A stretch of DNA of 64,000 nucleotides from Puccinia triticina (GCA_026914245.1 CP110440.1:4464001-4528000), one strand, 5' to 3'; positions 51,750-64,000 are shown, counted from the first letter of the stretch. Notes: generated from the letters alone by a model not told the origin. A program made the numbers and translations.

Positions 51750-52733
51750 TCAACCGGTTCTTACTTCGTAGGTAGATGTCGCTTCAGTATCTCCATCATT
51801 CAGCTCCCAAGGGTGCCGAGATTTAAGGAGTTTCGACCAGAATCTATAAAGCGAATCATAATCGATCGGTTAAAATCGATAGGCCTTGATCACAAGAAAC
51901 GGGCGTGAACAGCACACTCAAGAATTGGTTTCCACTCCTGTGGAGTCATCGGCATCTGTTCATGCGAGGCGCGAGGTCCAAGAAAGTGTTGGACGGATTG
52001 GAAACCGCGTTCGAAGCCAGTTCGCCATTTCCCGGTATCGTCCTCGCCTCTTCGACTCCATAATAAGACTGGAGTGGGCGATCGACTGGATGTAGGAATG
52101 GTTGGGAGGGATAGAAGTGGGCCAGAAACGGAGACAATGGAGGCTAAGGAGGAGGCCGAAGTCGATTGTGAGCGATTCCACAGTAAGGCTAACTCGGAGA
52201 GACAGCTGCCCCCTTGGGCGAAGCCGAAAAGATGGATGTCCTCAGGCTTCCATCCAAGCTCCTCAGACGCCAGTCTATCGAGCATCGCCATTAGTTTGGT
52301 CAAGGTCGAGCTTGGGTTCGGATTCGTAAGCAGACTTCCAGTGATGTCGAACGACTCCCACCATTGGTAGGCCTCCTCTTCCAGAAACGGGACTCGTCCA
52401 AACGCTCTTATAGACATACATGCCGTCTGCGGCAGGTTTAATTTTCGACCCAGCTGACCAAACGGGATCTGAGTGTCACCTATAGCCAAGCCCAGAAACA
52501 AACAAAAGAAGTTAGTGAAATGCTCCGCCAAATTCGGAATTGCACGCTTGAAATACTCAAGCAGGGCGCTGTCACTGACCTAGTCCATGGAACAAGATCA
52601 ACAGATTAGTGTCGATACCATCTACACTGGGATGGTAATCGAATACGGGAGCGGGAGAGAGCTGAGGGAAGCTGGGAACCGGCTTCGTTGCGGCCGACCG
52701 ACTCCTTGCGGGTGGATGGAGATGCAAGTCCAT
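51750..52733 (-). CDS. Phospholipase/carboxylesterase-like alpha/beta hydrolase, 3 exons
   Basis: NLLILFHGLGD, IHLFGFAQGG, SIVSVSGPL, TPVL, MP...EW...FWS. Confidence 0.85.
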
Positions 52734-53134
52734 TTCGTCGCAGGGCTGCGCAAATTTTTCTGGTTGAGCGACCCCGTCAAACTATCCTCGCTCAAACACC
52801 TTATATTGTCATCCGCTGTCAACTAGCGTACTCCCCTCATGGTCACATCCTTCATGTCTTCGTCCAGACCCCAACTTTAGAAACCGACTGATCGAACTCT
52901 CAATCGCACAATTCATCTCCCAACATACAAGAACGCGTACGTAGTAGAGGACTTCACGTGCGATCTGGGACCCCCGGTTTAGACCCGAAAAGTCTAGATT
53001 TTTGCAGGGAAATGGAGGACTTCCCGTCGATCTGGAATTTCAGATCTGACCCTCCAGATTTCAGATTTTCGGTAGGTCCACGGGGGAACCCGTGCTCCAG
53101 AAATATTCGAGCCATTTTGGCATCAAGAGAACCG

Positions 53135-54574
53135 ATGGCGCAAAATAGCACGGCAAGAACTCCAACTCGAGTGAACCCACCCGAAGTTCAAGCAACTAAC
53201 CCACCCCCAAGCCAAAGTCAAAGCCAGACCCAGAGAAGCTCGAATCCAAGCGGCCAAAAGCGTACCGGTGGACGTACCCCAGGATCTCAGGGCTATAGCA
53301 ATGCTGACCAGATCGCGCTGGTTGATGCAGTCCGACAAGTTCTGCCCTTGGGGGCTAACGAGTGGGCAAAGGTCCAGGCAATATATAACTCGTATGCATC
53401 TCAAAACGGACGATCGTTACAAGAGGTTGATTCTTTGAAAACCAAGTTCAAAGGCTTGCACGAGCAGCGGAAACCAACCGGCGAGACTAACCCCCCGGAT
53501 TGGGTGCGTGACGCTAAGGCCGTCTACCTCGATATCCAGGCACGTGCACACAATATTACCGTTGTCGACAGGCTAAACCGAGGTGATGAGTATGAAGAGG
53601 AGAGTGATGATGAGAGGTTAGCCTCCTTCAATAATTTTTTTTAACTTTGTGAGTTAGTGAAACTGATGCACTATGACTGATATACATTCAGGAACGGGGT
53701 GGGTGCGCCTATACCCAATGATGACGATGATTGTGACGATGACAATCAATTGCGAGACCCTGAGCAAACTTTTGAGAGTCTGATTCCGGGCTTGGAAGAA
53801 TCTCAAACTCCCAGCAATCCGTCACCGAATGCGTCTTTTCAACCGATGGACACTCAGAGGACTGCCGAGACTAATCCAAGACGTTCAACACCTGGAAATA
53901 CCGGCGTCCATCGAGTCCAATCTCAAACACGAGGGCACAATAATTCTCCAATTTCAACTGCCAACCGCCCCTCAAGAAATCCCCGTGGACAGCAGCTCAG
54001 AGATCACTTGTGTAGTTTCTTCGACAGTGACGCTAGAGACAAGCGAGAACGCGAGCAAAACATGACCAATCTGTATGCCATCCAGTTGCAAGATGCGCAC
54101 ACAACGATCCACCGACTGGAACAGGAGATTGCTCGCTTACGAGATGGCGTCAATATCCAGCTTATCCGACTGCAAGACGAGCACACTCGAGTGCAAGCCG
54201 AACTTCAGAAGACGAAGGACAAGCTAGATCAGGCCCAGAGGGACCTGTACCAGCAAACATCCGAGAACACAAATCTGCGCAGCAAGTTGGAAATCATGCA
54301 GCTCCGAATGGAGGTGCGAGGCGGTACGATGATACACCATCAGCAACCTCAAGGTGGTTTTTACGGCTCAGGCTTTAGTGGCCCATCGAGAATGGGAACC
54401 GGTGGATTTCCGAGTCAATCAACCGAGCCCCGTTACATGGGCAGCGAAGCAGTGTTGCCATCTGAGGCAAATGAAGCTATGGGGCAAGATGTTTTTACCT
54501 CAAGTATGCCCGCCCCACGAAGTGGTACTTCTTTCGCCGCCGAATCGCTCCGAGCCCGTCACCTTACACAATAG
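53135..54574 (+). CDS. Myb/SANT-like (DUF6818-type) accessory protein with coiled coil, 2 exons
   Basis: GSQGYS...VLPLGANEW...DSLKTKF...KPTG; intron at ~53617-53691. Confidence 0.8.
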
Positions 54575-54866
54575 TCAATCACACCGATCTTGAATGGTTT
54601 TCTTTTCCCTATTCTCACTCACTGTTTCATGCCACAGTCCACAAAAGCAATTTAAAATTACTTAGCGCCTGTTTGACTTGTTTTCTCGCTGAGAAGATTC
54701 ATTGAGTCAATTACTAGGTATTTGTTTCACTTAGCTCTGGTTGAGCAGATAGATCGAGTTGATGTTTGTGGACATGACTGATAACAATATAGATATTGAT
54801 TTGAAATAAACAAGAGATTGGATTGAAACCAACAAGAAAATTGAGCTCAGAGATAAACATTTGACA

Positions 54867-56255
54867 TCATAACCAGTCACCATAATATCGGCTGATGTGG
54901 CATTCCTTTTCAATGTCTTTAAAAAGCATTTTATGGAATTCCCTAGAAACAACATCCAATTCATCCCATACCGAGTTGTAAACCGTTTGGGTTTGATTGA
55001 TTTTAACCATACGACAACGGAGCTGATGCAAACGACACACAACCTGCAGGACATCCGCGCGGAACTGGTGATCAGATGCGGGCAGAGGCAATTTGAGTCG
55101 GGCAAATGAGCCTTGGAGGGAATGCATTCCCCACTCTGCGGCCTGGCGGGCTTTAACAATCTGTTCGTTCAGAACTTTTAGTCGTGCGTATGAACCAGGC
55201 GATGAAGGAACTCGATCGCCTCTTTTTGCTGGGGCCAGTATGCGGCTTTGCAGCCGTTCGGACTTGCGGGGGAATGCGGTATCACTCAGGATTCGAAAGC
55301 CCTTTGGGGTATTGTCGAGGAGCTCGTTGTACAGTGGTCCTGCTATTGCCGAATCATGCCATGATCCCGGGGCGTTGAGAATCGCGTACAGTATCGTCCC
55401 ATCCGGTGCAAATGCCAGAATGCAGCTACAATAGTGTGCACATGTCCATCCATTGTAGTACGCATTCTGAACACTTTGTGCGAGAAAAATAAATGAGTGA
55501 TACAATCAGTTCAAAATTCCTGAATGAAAAACTGAAACAAAAGCTTTCACTTACTCTTCATTATCAGACACTAGCACAGGTAAGTTCAAGCCATCCACAA
55601 AACCGAAGCAGCGTGTGAGGAGCGGGAATTTTTTCTCGATTGCTTCTGCATAAGGTTGAATGGCATCCTCAGTTGATGGCCAGACAATTCGTGCCTTTCG
55701 GAGACTCTTGAGGATCTCGAGGAGAATTTGAAGACCACAAGAGAGATACCGAGAACAGACCGCCGGGGTTAGTGAAAAGATTTGCTGGAGGGAGTACGCT
55801 GCCATTGTTGAGCTCAACCAATGCAACACTAAACCCAAACACCCAGCAGCATCGAGTACACGCCTGCCCACCTGGGGTTCGCCATTTTGATCCACATCCG
55901 CTCTTGCAATTGTCTCTGAATTCCAGCGGATCGAAAAAGGGCCAAGAATCTTGTTGAAAGTTTTGACGTCAATGCCCATCGTAGTAATGAAAGCTTGATC
56001 GTTTTGGCGTCTATACATCCAAGCCCACGCGCTGTCCACCAGTGGGTCCCCCGGCAGATCGCCACGAGTCAGGTATGTCCTCAAACGTCGCATTGGACCA
56101 CCCCCAACGCCCAAGGCCATGCAGAGGAGTGCTGCTTCCTCTGCTTCTCGGTTTCGACGAGCTCGTAGCTGCTGGAAATGACGCCGAATGAGACGCTGTT
56201 GGTGCTGTCGATGGTGTAATAAGGATGAGTGTTGATCGGAATCGGAGTCCTCCAT
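54867..56255 (-). CDS. Harbinger-type DDE transposase, 2 exons
   Basis: GFVDGLNLPV, QNAYYNGW, PGSWHDS, LSDTAF, RQAAEWGM; the intron at ~55476-55554 splices in frame. Confidence 0.88.
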
Positions 56256-56937
56256 TGATCCGACAAGCACACGTTGATTGTGGAGTCTGTGGAGCCGAGA
56301 TGTTGGGGTGAGTGGATCGGACTGAGGGCTTGGCCTCTGGTGATGCGCCAAGGCTAGATATATTGCAGATCTGAGGTGTGCAAGTTGACGGAACAAACAA
56401 TCTGGCAATATTTGGAACTCTGGAATCTGGAAATCCAGATCTGACTCTGGAAGGCCTTCCAGATCGACGGGAAGTCCTCCAATCTAGCTTTTAGGGCTCG
56501 AGATCACTTCTGGGACCCCCTCAGATCTCGACGGGATCATCCATACATCCTAAATGCTTTTTCTTGTTCTGAATAAACACCACAAATACTTCAACTTCAC
56601 TGCGCTTGTGCTGACTTTTCGCTGGCAGCTGGACTGCGAATGATTCAGATCATGAAGTAGGTTAAGAGCTTAGATTTCCCCTTGTCACACCAACCGGTTG
56701 AGGGAATAGCACATACAAGTTGCTGCTCTGAGAATGAAACGGTTTGATTTTGGTGTGGATGATGTTTGGACAGCAGGGCTGACTACATACGTGTTCAGTT
56801 TCGATCCACAAACTTGATGGGTGGATATAAGTGGGGCTGTTTGGGTTGGGGGAAAGCCAAAGCTTGAGCACATTCGTCGACATCATATTGAAAGACGCAA
56901 GGAAGAGTTTTATCGGTCCTTCCCGGTGAAAACAAAG

Positions 56938-58476
56938 ATGTCTTTGGCCCGTTTTTTCGTCGGCCTGGCAGTGTTCCTTACTTTGAACGGTGTCGACTGC
57001 CATTTGGTCAATAGAACGCCCGTCATGCCGCATCCGTTTGACTTGAATGTGCCCTACACTTCCGACTTGATGTGGGACGCATCCCCCCTCCCTACTCGTT
57101 CAAACTCCCAAGGCCTTGATCTTAGTGAGGGCCTAGAAGTTATTTCGACCTCTCAACCCTGGTCACTCCATGCAGACAATGGGCTAACGGCTCAGTTATT
57201 GCCAAGCAGGGAAGTGGGAGAACTTAGAGAACCATCTGTAATACCGAATCGAGCGCCAAACTCCTCAAGTTACATGGAGCAAGCCTTGCGCAGTGGTGAT
57301 GCGCCAAAATTAGGAAATTTTGACTACTTCAATTCTTCAGATGACTTTAGAAACAACATCAAGAGAGCAGGATTGGGGGATGATATTGATCTTCAAGTTG
57401 GCCAATCAGAAAAAAGACAAAAGATATCTTCAGGTGTTCCATTGAATTTCAATGTTCACCATCACGGTGAAATAGATTCCACCTTTCAACACTTGAATGA
57501 TCACAATCTGCCCGATCAGTCAGAAAACAAAGCTGTTCTTCCAGGAAAAGAAGTATCTTCCCACAAAAAATTCATTGCTGAAAACCAGGATCCAGGTGGC
57601 ATGATGTTTAAAAACATGAAAAAATCTTTGAAACCAGAGGCAACTCCCTCTCCAGAGAATTTTACATCCCTCAATACACAGGAAGAAAGGTTTGAAATGT
57701 TTGAGTTTGATATAGGGGTATTTGAGATCCCAACTGAACTTCAAACAGATGCTAATGTAGCTAAGCTAGATCTATTATTTACAAATATTTTTATGGGGAA
57801 ACAGCTCTTTATTGATGAAACAGACCCAATAAAAGCCTCTCGCCATTTTATGGATATATTTTATTATACAAATCATCAAGCTGTACGGAAAAAGGACCAA
57901 GTCAAACAAGGCAGGAAGAGAAAAGAAATACAAAGGAGATCCAAGAGGCAAATCTTGGAAATTTTGAGGTCAAAACAAGATGACTGGTTGGAATTTTGGG
58001 CTCAAAAAACCCAAGTTGACTTGAATTCTGAGAATTCAAAAACCAGATTGTGTTTGAATTGGGAAGGTGTAAAAGAACATTTGATCTTGTTCCTATATCA
58101 CATAGATATGATTACTTCAATCATTGTAAAACCACATGAAATGAAATCAAAAGCTGAGGGATCTTCAAAAAACAATTCGAATTTCATTAAGATAGCCATC
58201 AATAACTTTCCAAAATTTATTAGAGAGTTGAAGCTTCTGAAGGTCAATAAATGTGGAAAGGTAGTCTTCCTGAAACAGAGAATTGATCAAAATATTTGGA
58301 AGTTAGTTCAGAAGTGGTCTGAGCATCATACAAATGATCAAGAAGTTGCTTCAAGTCTGTCAAGGATCAAAAAAATTATTCACCACAACAGATCAGACAG
58401 GTTTCCCCAAGCCTTTTTTGATTTTGTTTTTTCCTATTCATTCATTTTAATGAGCCAAAGGCTTCCAAGAAATTGA
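56938..58476 (+). CDS. Single-exon lineage-specific putative secreted protein (512 aa)
   Basis: Long ORF; ATG 56938 gives the signal-peptide-like MSLARFFVGLAVFLTLNGVDC; basic NLS-like patches (RKKDQVKQGRKRK). Confidence 0.72.
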   Translation: MSLARFFVGLAVFLTLNGVDCHLVNRTPVMPHPFDLNVPYTSDLMWDASPLPTRSNSQGLDLSEGLEVISTSQPWSLHADNGLTAQLLPSREVGELREPSVIPNRAPNSSSYMEQALRSGDAPKLGNFDYFNSSDDFRNNIKRAGLGDDIDLQVGQSEKRQKISSGVPLNFNVHHHGEIDSTFQHLNDHNLPDQSENKAVLPGKEVSSHKKFIAENQDPGGMMFKNMKKSLKPEATPSPENFTSLNTQEERFEMFEFDIGVFEIPTELQTDANVAKLDLLFTNIFMGKQLFIDETDPIKASRHFMDIFYYTNHQAVRKKDQVKQGRKRKEIQRRSKRQILEILRSKQDDWLEFWAQKTQVDLNSENSKTRLCLNWEGVKEHLILFLYHIDMITSIIVKPHEMKSKAEGSSKNNSNFIKIAINNFPKFIRELKLLKVNKCGKVVFLKQRIDQNIWKLVQKWSEHHTNDQEVASSLSRIKKIIHHNRSDRFPQAFFDFVFSYSFILMSQRLPRN

Positions 58477-59513
58477 AGTTATGAAAGAAACTTTTTTATT
58501 CTTGTTACTACATCAATTAACTGCAAAAGAACCTCTATCACATTCATCCAGAGTCTGAGACTAGCAGCTGAGGGGTCAATCTGATTGGTGGTACCTTAAA
58601 TCACACAACTGCTGTGTATTCCTGCTTATCCTTAGCTGTTTATAACAAATCATATTTGTACCAAAGCTTTTGAAATCTTTTTCTGCACTTTGAAAAGTAA
58701 CAACTTGCCATTTGGTGGTCTGATTGTTATATTTGGCAGTGATTTTTGACAAAATTCCCCCGCTATTAAGTGGGGAGATTTCATCTACAAAGGAAAGATG
58801 CATATGCCTAATTTGCTGCTATGTAAAAGTGCCTAGAAATTGCATCTGCATTGGAAAATCCATCTGTTAGACCCCAGAAGATGAGCAGTTTCCAGTAGAG
58901 CCCGTTGTTGTGATTTATATTGGCAAGCATCACAGAATGTCTACTCAGGGATAGCATGTGCAGGAATGCACATGCAGCTGAGCTCAGTGTGCATTTGGTT
59001 ACATGAGAACTGTGAAGCCCCCGCTTCCAGGTAAGGAAGTCACCCTTCTCTTCCGCTTCAGGTGCCTTGGGCTGCTTCCCTCTCTATACTGACCGCTCTC
59101 AGTCCCTGTTTACTTCTTTGTTGTGCCGGTTTTGGCACCTTGTGTACTTGTATGCCGCTCTTGTCCATATCACTTTTATCTATGTCTCTGCTGCTCTGGG
59201 CCTCTCTGTATTACCTATTGCCTCTCTCGGCCTCTCTGCGTTACCTATTGCCGCTTGCGGCTATCTTGTAGATCCTTGCTAGTATTACATGCTACCTTAT
59301 ACAGTCAAAACTGTCTAAGGGCATAAACTGCTTAAGGGCATACCCAAAGGCTTCTCCCTGTGTTGGTGTGCGCCAAATTTGAGTCAATACCATATAATGT
59401 AATAGGGCATACCTAATCTGGGAAACACAGCCCGCAAAAGGGCATACTTTTCCCATGACTGTTTGAGGATTGTCACTACCGCCCGTCTAAAAATGCTTGT
59501 TTTTTCAACTTCA

Positions 59514-60566
59514 TGAGAGATTCTTTACCATTGGAAATGAGAACAAGAGGAAGAAATTCAGTTTTAAATCCCATCATCTGGAGAAAATGAGTCCTTCCAA
59601 TGAAATTTCTGCTGTAAAGAAGTCCAATCCTCAACTGCAACAATTTATTGCAGAAGAAATTTGTGAAGGCAAGTCCAGTGATAAGCTAACCACTGAGCAG
59701 AAAGAGAAGCTGTTTGAAGTCCTCTATAACAACAACCTTGCCTTCTCTAACACCAGCCAGCCTCTTGGTGCCATTAAAGGCCATGAAGTTCATCTCAAGT
59801 TGACAACTGAGAGGCCTTATCCTCCTCTTCTCAGGAGACCTCCTTATCCTGCCAGCCCCAAAAGCAGGGAAGCTCTTGAGCAACATATTGAAGAGCTAGT
59901 AAACCTGAATGTCCTAAGGAAAGTTGGCCATAATGAAGTAGTTGAAATCACCACTCCTGTAATCATTGCCTGGCACAATGGGAAGTCCAGAATGGTAGGA
60001 GATTTCAGAGCTTTAAACTCCTATACTGCTTCAGACAGGTATCCCATTCCCAAGATCAGTGAGACCCTGAACAACCTAGCCGAAGCTAAATTTCTGACTA
60101 GCATGGATGTACTCAAAGGTTTTCACCAGAATGTCATTGCAGAAGATTCCAGACACCTGCTCAGGATTATTATGCACAAAGGAATCTATGAATACCTGAG
60201 AATGCCCTTTGGAATCAAGAATTCCCCCTCTCATTTCCAAAGGATGATGGACATTGAGTTCAGAAAAGAAATTGATGAGAAGTGGGTCATTATCTACATT
60301 GATGATATCATCATTATGTCCAACACTTGGGAAGAACACCTCAATAGGATAGACAGGATACTGAAAGTTGTCATCAACATGAACATGAAAATCTCCCTGA
60401 AGAAGTGTAACTTTGGATTTGACCAGATCAAAGCTCTAGGCCATCTTATCTCTGGAATTGCTATAGGAATAGATCAGAACAAAGTAGCTGCTGTCCTCCA
60501 AAAGCCTGTGCCTAGTAGTAGGAAAGAAATGCAATCTTTTCTTGGTTTTGCTGGTTACTACAGACA
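59514..60566 (+). pseudogene. Isolated pol (RT) fragment of the chromovirus B family
   Basis: Translation nearly identical to the gag-pol segment at ~9765-10815 (ERFFTIG...GFAGYYRQ), with abrupt ends. Confidence 0.93.
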
Positions 60567-60721
60567 AAAATGGTGGTTTTTTTCAAACCCATCAATTACA
60601 TAATAGTGGATTTGGTCATATTTGATACCCCCTATTGCTGCGTATGCATAATTCATCGTGGGTTGCACGCGCGGAATATTACGTAAATTAACACCGGTTA
60701 GCCGGTCATCGAAGAGGCTAA

Positions 60722-60871
60722 GGCCCCGTTTGGAGCCGATATAATCCAGGCGATATATGAGTTTTTTTGCATGACATCCTATGTGACATCTGATCAGGTC
60801 CGCCAAAACTTGGTCAGATGTCACAAGTTTCCAGATTATATCGCGCAATTATATCGGCTCCAAACGGGGCC
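60722..60871. mobile_element. 150-bp Tourist-like MITE, younger copy
   Basis: TIR GGCCCCGTTTGGAGCCGATATAAT, perfect at both ends; TSD TAA. Confidence 0.93.
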
Positions 60872-61669
60872 TAAATCCTCTCGATGACCAGTTAGCCGGT
60901 CATCGAAGAGGCTACCCTCTGAGGGCCTGCAGCTTCTTCTTAACTCAAGATTTTGTCAGGCCGGCAAAACACAAATGATGTCAGAGGCCCGGGTTGATAG
61001 CTCGCGGTTATAAGATCAAGCTGCTAGGCTAAACGTGCCCAACCGGCCGATTCCGCCGGCGAATGACCGGCTTGACGCCACAAAAGGGTCATCAGCGATC
61101 GAAATTGGGTGGATAGCCCGTCATCCAACCGCGACGGGATCCCAATGCGAAAAACCTCATGATCAACCCCGCCTTGTATGGAAGGGCAGGATTGGTTTCC
61201 ATAGCTTCTATCGGCTTGATATGTCAACATTACATCTTGGAATCTGTATGTGCGATGGACTGGCGACCCTCGCGATGGGAGCTACGAAGTGAGAAACCAT
61301 ACAAGCAATCTGGGATTTGTACTCTTCATGGGGAATGCACTTTGTAGGCTCCAAGGGGACCACACCCGTGGCTTATGTGAACAGAATTGGGGAAAACCCA
61401 GACCTCTCGAGCCGTCCTTCCTGTCCTTACTCGCACTACCAGCTCATTCGCCTGCCTTCACACTTTAATAGTTGCAGATAAAAGCCACCCGCAACAGCTC
61501 TCGCCATCTCCTTTTCGCCTAGTCCATAGTTCACTTTCGCCTGCGTTGACACTTGAATGATAACTGTCACTCGCAGTTTTCTTCCGTCGCTTTACGAAGT
61601 TTAAAATTGATCTCAAATTATTTCTTCTTGTGCTCGTACCACATATACTTCAAACACTCCACCACCAGC

Positions 61670-62670
61670 ATGTTTTCAGCAAGTTCAATCTGGAAACTAT
61701 ACGTCCTTTCGGCCGTGATTGCGCTTGTCAGCTTACCACCCGTTGAGCTTGCCGAAGTCCAACGACACGCGTTTTCACGAAGAGGAAAAGAAAACGATAA
61801 ACCACCTCCGGCTCCACTCAAAAACGGTGACCCAGCCCTAGATATTCGCTGTGGAGACAGCTGGAATACTGTAGCAAACCTACCAAAAGACAAAGATGGG
61901 AAAGAGCAAATCGGTAAGCTCTCAAATTCCGCGATGGCTTACTTCAGCCGGAGGATGTTCCAGCTCTAACTCTCGAACAACAATCGCTGTGTCTCCAGCT
62001 TGCAGAGGATACGATGGTCTGGGTTACTATTGCCTATCGGAAACATGCAAATACGGGAGCATAACAATCGATTACGTTCCATTCGGATTCTCTCGTAAGT
62101 CTTGATGGCTCATCAGCCCCTGGGACTAAGACCAATTTCATTTCGTTCCCACAATTTACATTGTATTGCCATCCACTAGTTTCAGACTGGCGCTTTTTAG
62201 AATGTACACGGTACCCTTATCCTACAGAGATAGACCCCGCAACTAAAAAGCCCCCACCACCAATAACCGTGAAAACATTATCTCCAATTGGCATCTGGGC
62301 CCACAATATAGCCGGATACATGGGTGCGTAATCCAGCTGTACGCACGAGTACGTGAATGGAGTAACTGTGAAACTTATCCCTCTTGGTTGTAAACCTTTC
62401 GTGCTTTAGCGGTCACAGGTTGGGACGACGAAAAGAATCCACCAGACAAAACAACCCGGAACTACCGATGTACATGGACAGCAGTTGAGGACGTTAACAA
62501 CCAAAGACCTGGTGAGTCCAAGCTTCAAGTTTTGGGCACCACGGAGTTCTTGTTGCTAAAATTTTCCATTGTACAACTTCTCAGTGTGTACTAAATGCAC
62601 CCGCCAAGACTTCAAAGAAAGTACACCGCCGGATGTCCCTGTCCCTGATCCTAAGGAGAAGGGTAAGTAG
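61670..62670 (+). CDS. Small secreted cysteine-rich protein (candidate effector), 5 exons
   Basis: Signal peptide MFSASSIWKLYVLSAVIALVSLPPVELA; the exons splice to a protein with 8 Cys (RCG, AC, YYC, TC, EC, YRC, CTKC); stop at 62668-62670. Confidence 0.8.
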
Positions 62671-63380
62671 TTGCGTGTGAGCCGGCTACTGCGATTCGCT
62701 GATTCGAAGCACCAAGAAGGACCTCATCTCTTGCATCCTCTACTCAGCTGCCCATTCTCAAATATAGGCAATTGCCAATTTATCTGCCCATTTTTCAAGT
62801 ACAAACACTTTTACGTATTCATTTTTTATACAATTAGAAAGACTGTGAACCAAAGAAAGATCTTGGCTCCATGTTATGCCTAACTTAACACAAGGCCCCC
62901 CTGGTAGGAGCACTGCGTAAACTAACTGGTCGGACAGACTCTGTCAAACAAGTTCCACAATCCAGACCTGGAAAATTGCGGAACTTGTCAGACAAACTCT
63001 GCCTGAAAACTGCTCAGACACTGGACAGCCTGGTCCAAGTAGTTGTTGAGTTACCTGTACTGTAGTCACCATATGCTAGTATTGTTGTATGCTTCTACCT
63101 AGTATCCTGTCTCTACTCTTATTACCGGTAGTCTCATCTCATTGTTTTCTTCACTGAAATCCAATATCAATTCTCACTTGTCAAGCCTCTTGTGAGTCCG
63201 GTAGCCTCTTTCAGCTTCAGTCCCCGTTGGTCCCCTGAGCAGTAGTTAATTTCTGAAGTGAAGGCTTTCAGTGGCTGGCGGCAAGGCTGCCCCTTCCGCA
63301 GGGAGGGTTGCACACAAGGTCAAACTTTTGGCCAAGAAAGAAATCACAAATGGCACTCCAAATAAACATTGTTTTGGAGT

Positions 63381-64000
63381 TAGAGATGGCAAACGGGTAA
63401 CCGGCACCCGCCGGCGGGTACTCATCAGGGTCGCGGGTACCGCCGCCGCGGGTGCCAAGTACGGGTGGTGTCGGTTTTTGTGTGAATTTTAGGCGGGTAC
63501 CCGGGTACCGCCGCTTGATACCCGCCAATACTGCTACCTCTTTTCCGCTGTGTATGTCCCCGACGCCCTTCTGGACTTGTCTCCTGCAAGTCCTGTGTGA
63601 TATCCCCGGCTGCAGCGCCACCGGCTGGCCGAGAGAGATTCCTCTCGGAGAGCTGGTGTATGTACACATGCCAGCTTGCCGAGAGGGATTCCTCTTGCCA
63701 AGCAGGTATACACCCACCTGCTCGCCGAGAGGGATTCCTCTCGGCGAGCAGGAATACGCCCACCAGCCCGCCAAGAGGGATTCCTCTCGGCGAGCAGGTA
63801 TACACACACCAGCTCGCCGAGAGGTCGGAGAGCAGGTGTACACACACCAGCTCGCCGAGAGGTCGGAGAGCAGGTGTCAGACACTGAGACACTAAGTCCA
63901 TGTGTCTACAATGGATAGTACATGTCTTATAACCTAATGGTTAAAGACTGCTTTAATAATTGCCTCATGTACATGAAGTCAAGAGTTCAATTCCCTGTCA
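63381..64000. mobile_element. Left end of a hAT-type element, runs out of the window
   Basis: TAGAGATGGCAAACGGGTA start, GGGTACC motifs and tandem hairpins CTCGCCGAGAGGGATTCCTCTCGGCGAG. Confidence 0.7.

Larger units (their letters stand above)
52950..56540. mobile_element. Two-gene PIF/Harbinger-group transposon; outer ends approximate
   Basis: Convergent Myb/SANT-like and DDE genes, bracketed by a perfect 25-bp inverted repeat TGGAGGACTTCCCGTCGATCTGGAA (53013-53037, 56457-56481). TSD not resolved. Confidence 0.8.

Noticed and set aside
52958..53134. N-terminal extension of the Myb-like ORF in the track
   Set aside because: It has a non-ATG start and runs through the transposon's terminal repeats; ATG 53135 is preferred.
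58576..58803. Helitron/PIF1 helicase fragment (VDEIS)
   Set aside because: Only a short motif resemblance, with no other helicase motifs nearby.
59474..60608. CACTA...TAGTG flanking the RT fragment (possible Pack-CACTA)
   Set aside because: The match does not extend beyond 5 bp, and the flanks TGT/GAT are not a TSD.
63268..63918. Multiple overlapping ORFs
   Set aside because: They arise from GC-rich subterminal hairpin repeats.

Overview
Eukaryotic, intron-containing, transposon-dense DNA. The gene and transposon content fits a rust fungus (Pucciniales, Puccinia-like); this is an inference. 1-18923 is a decayed Ty3/gypsy element split by two clean insertions. The first is a 5.5-kb, fully palindromic, non-coding CACTA element (69-5574, TSD TCA) carrying a 173-bp satellite that flips orientation at ~3835. 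The second is an apparently intact, very young chromovirus (6508-16094, 1016-bp LTRs, TSD CCGCC). The 5' end of its 2251-aa gag-pol is overprinted by a second 393-aa ORF, and its pol is almost CpG-free. The rest holds LINE, copia, hAT, MULE and PIF/Harbinger elements, several MITE families with resolvable TSDs (including a triple nest), and a few host genes: a DUF1769 protein, BCP1, a carboxylesterase-like protein and candidate secreted effectors. All alignments and counts were done by eye, and exon boundaries are approximate.
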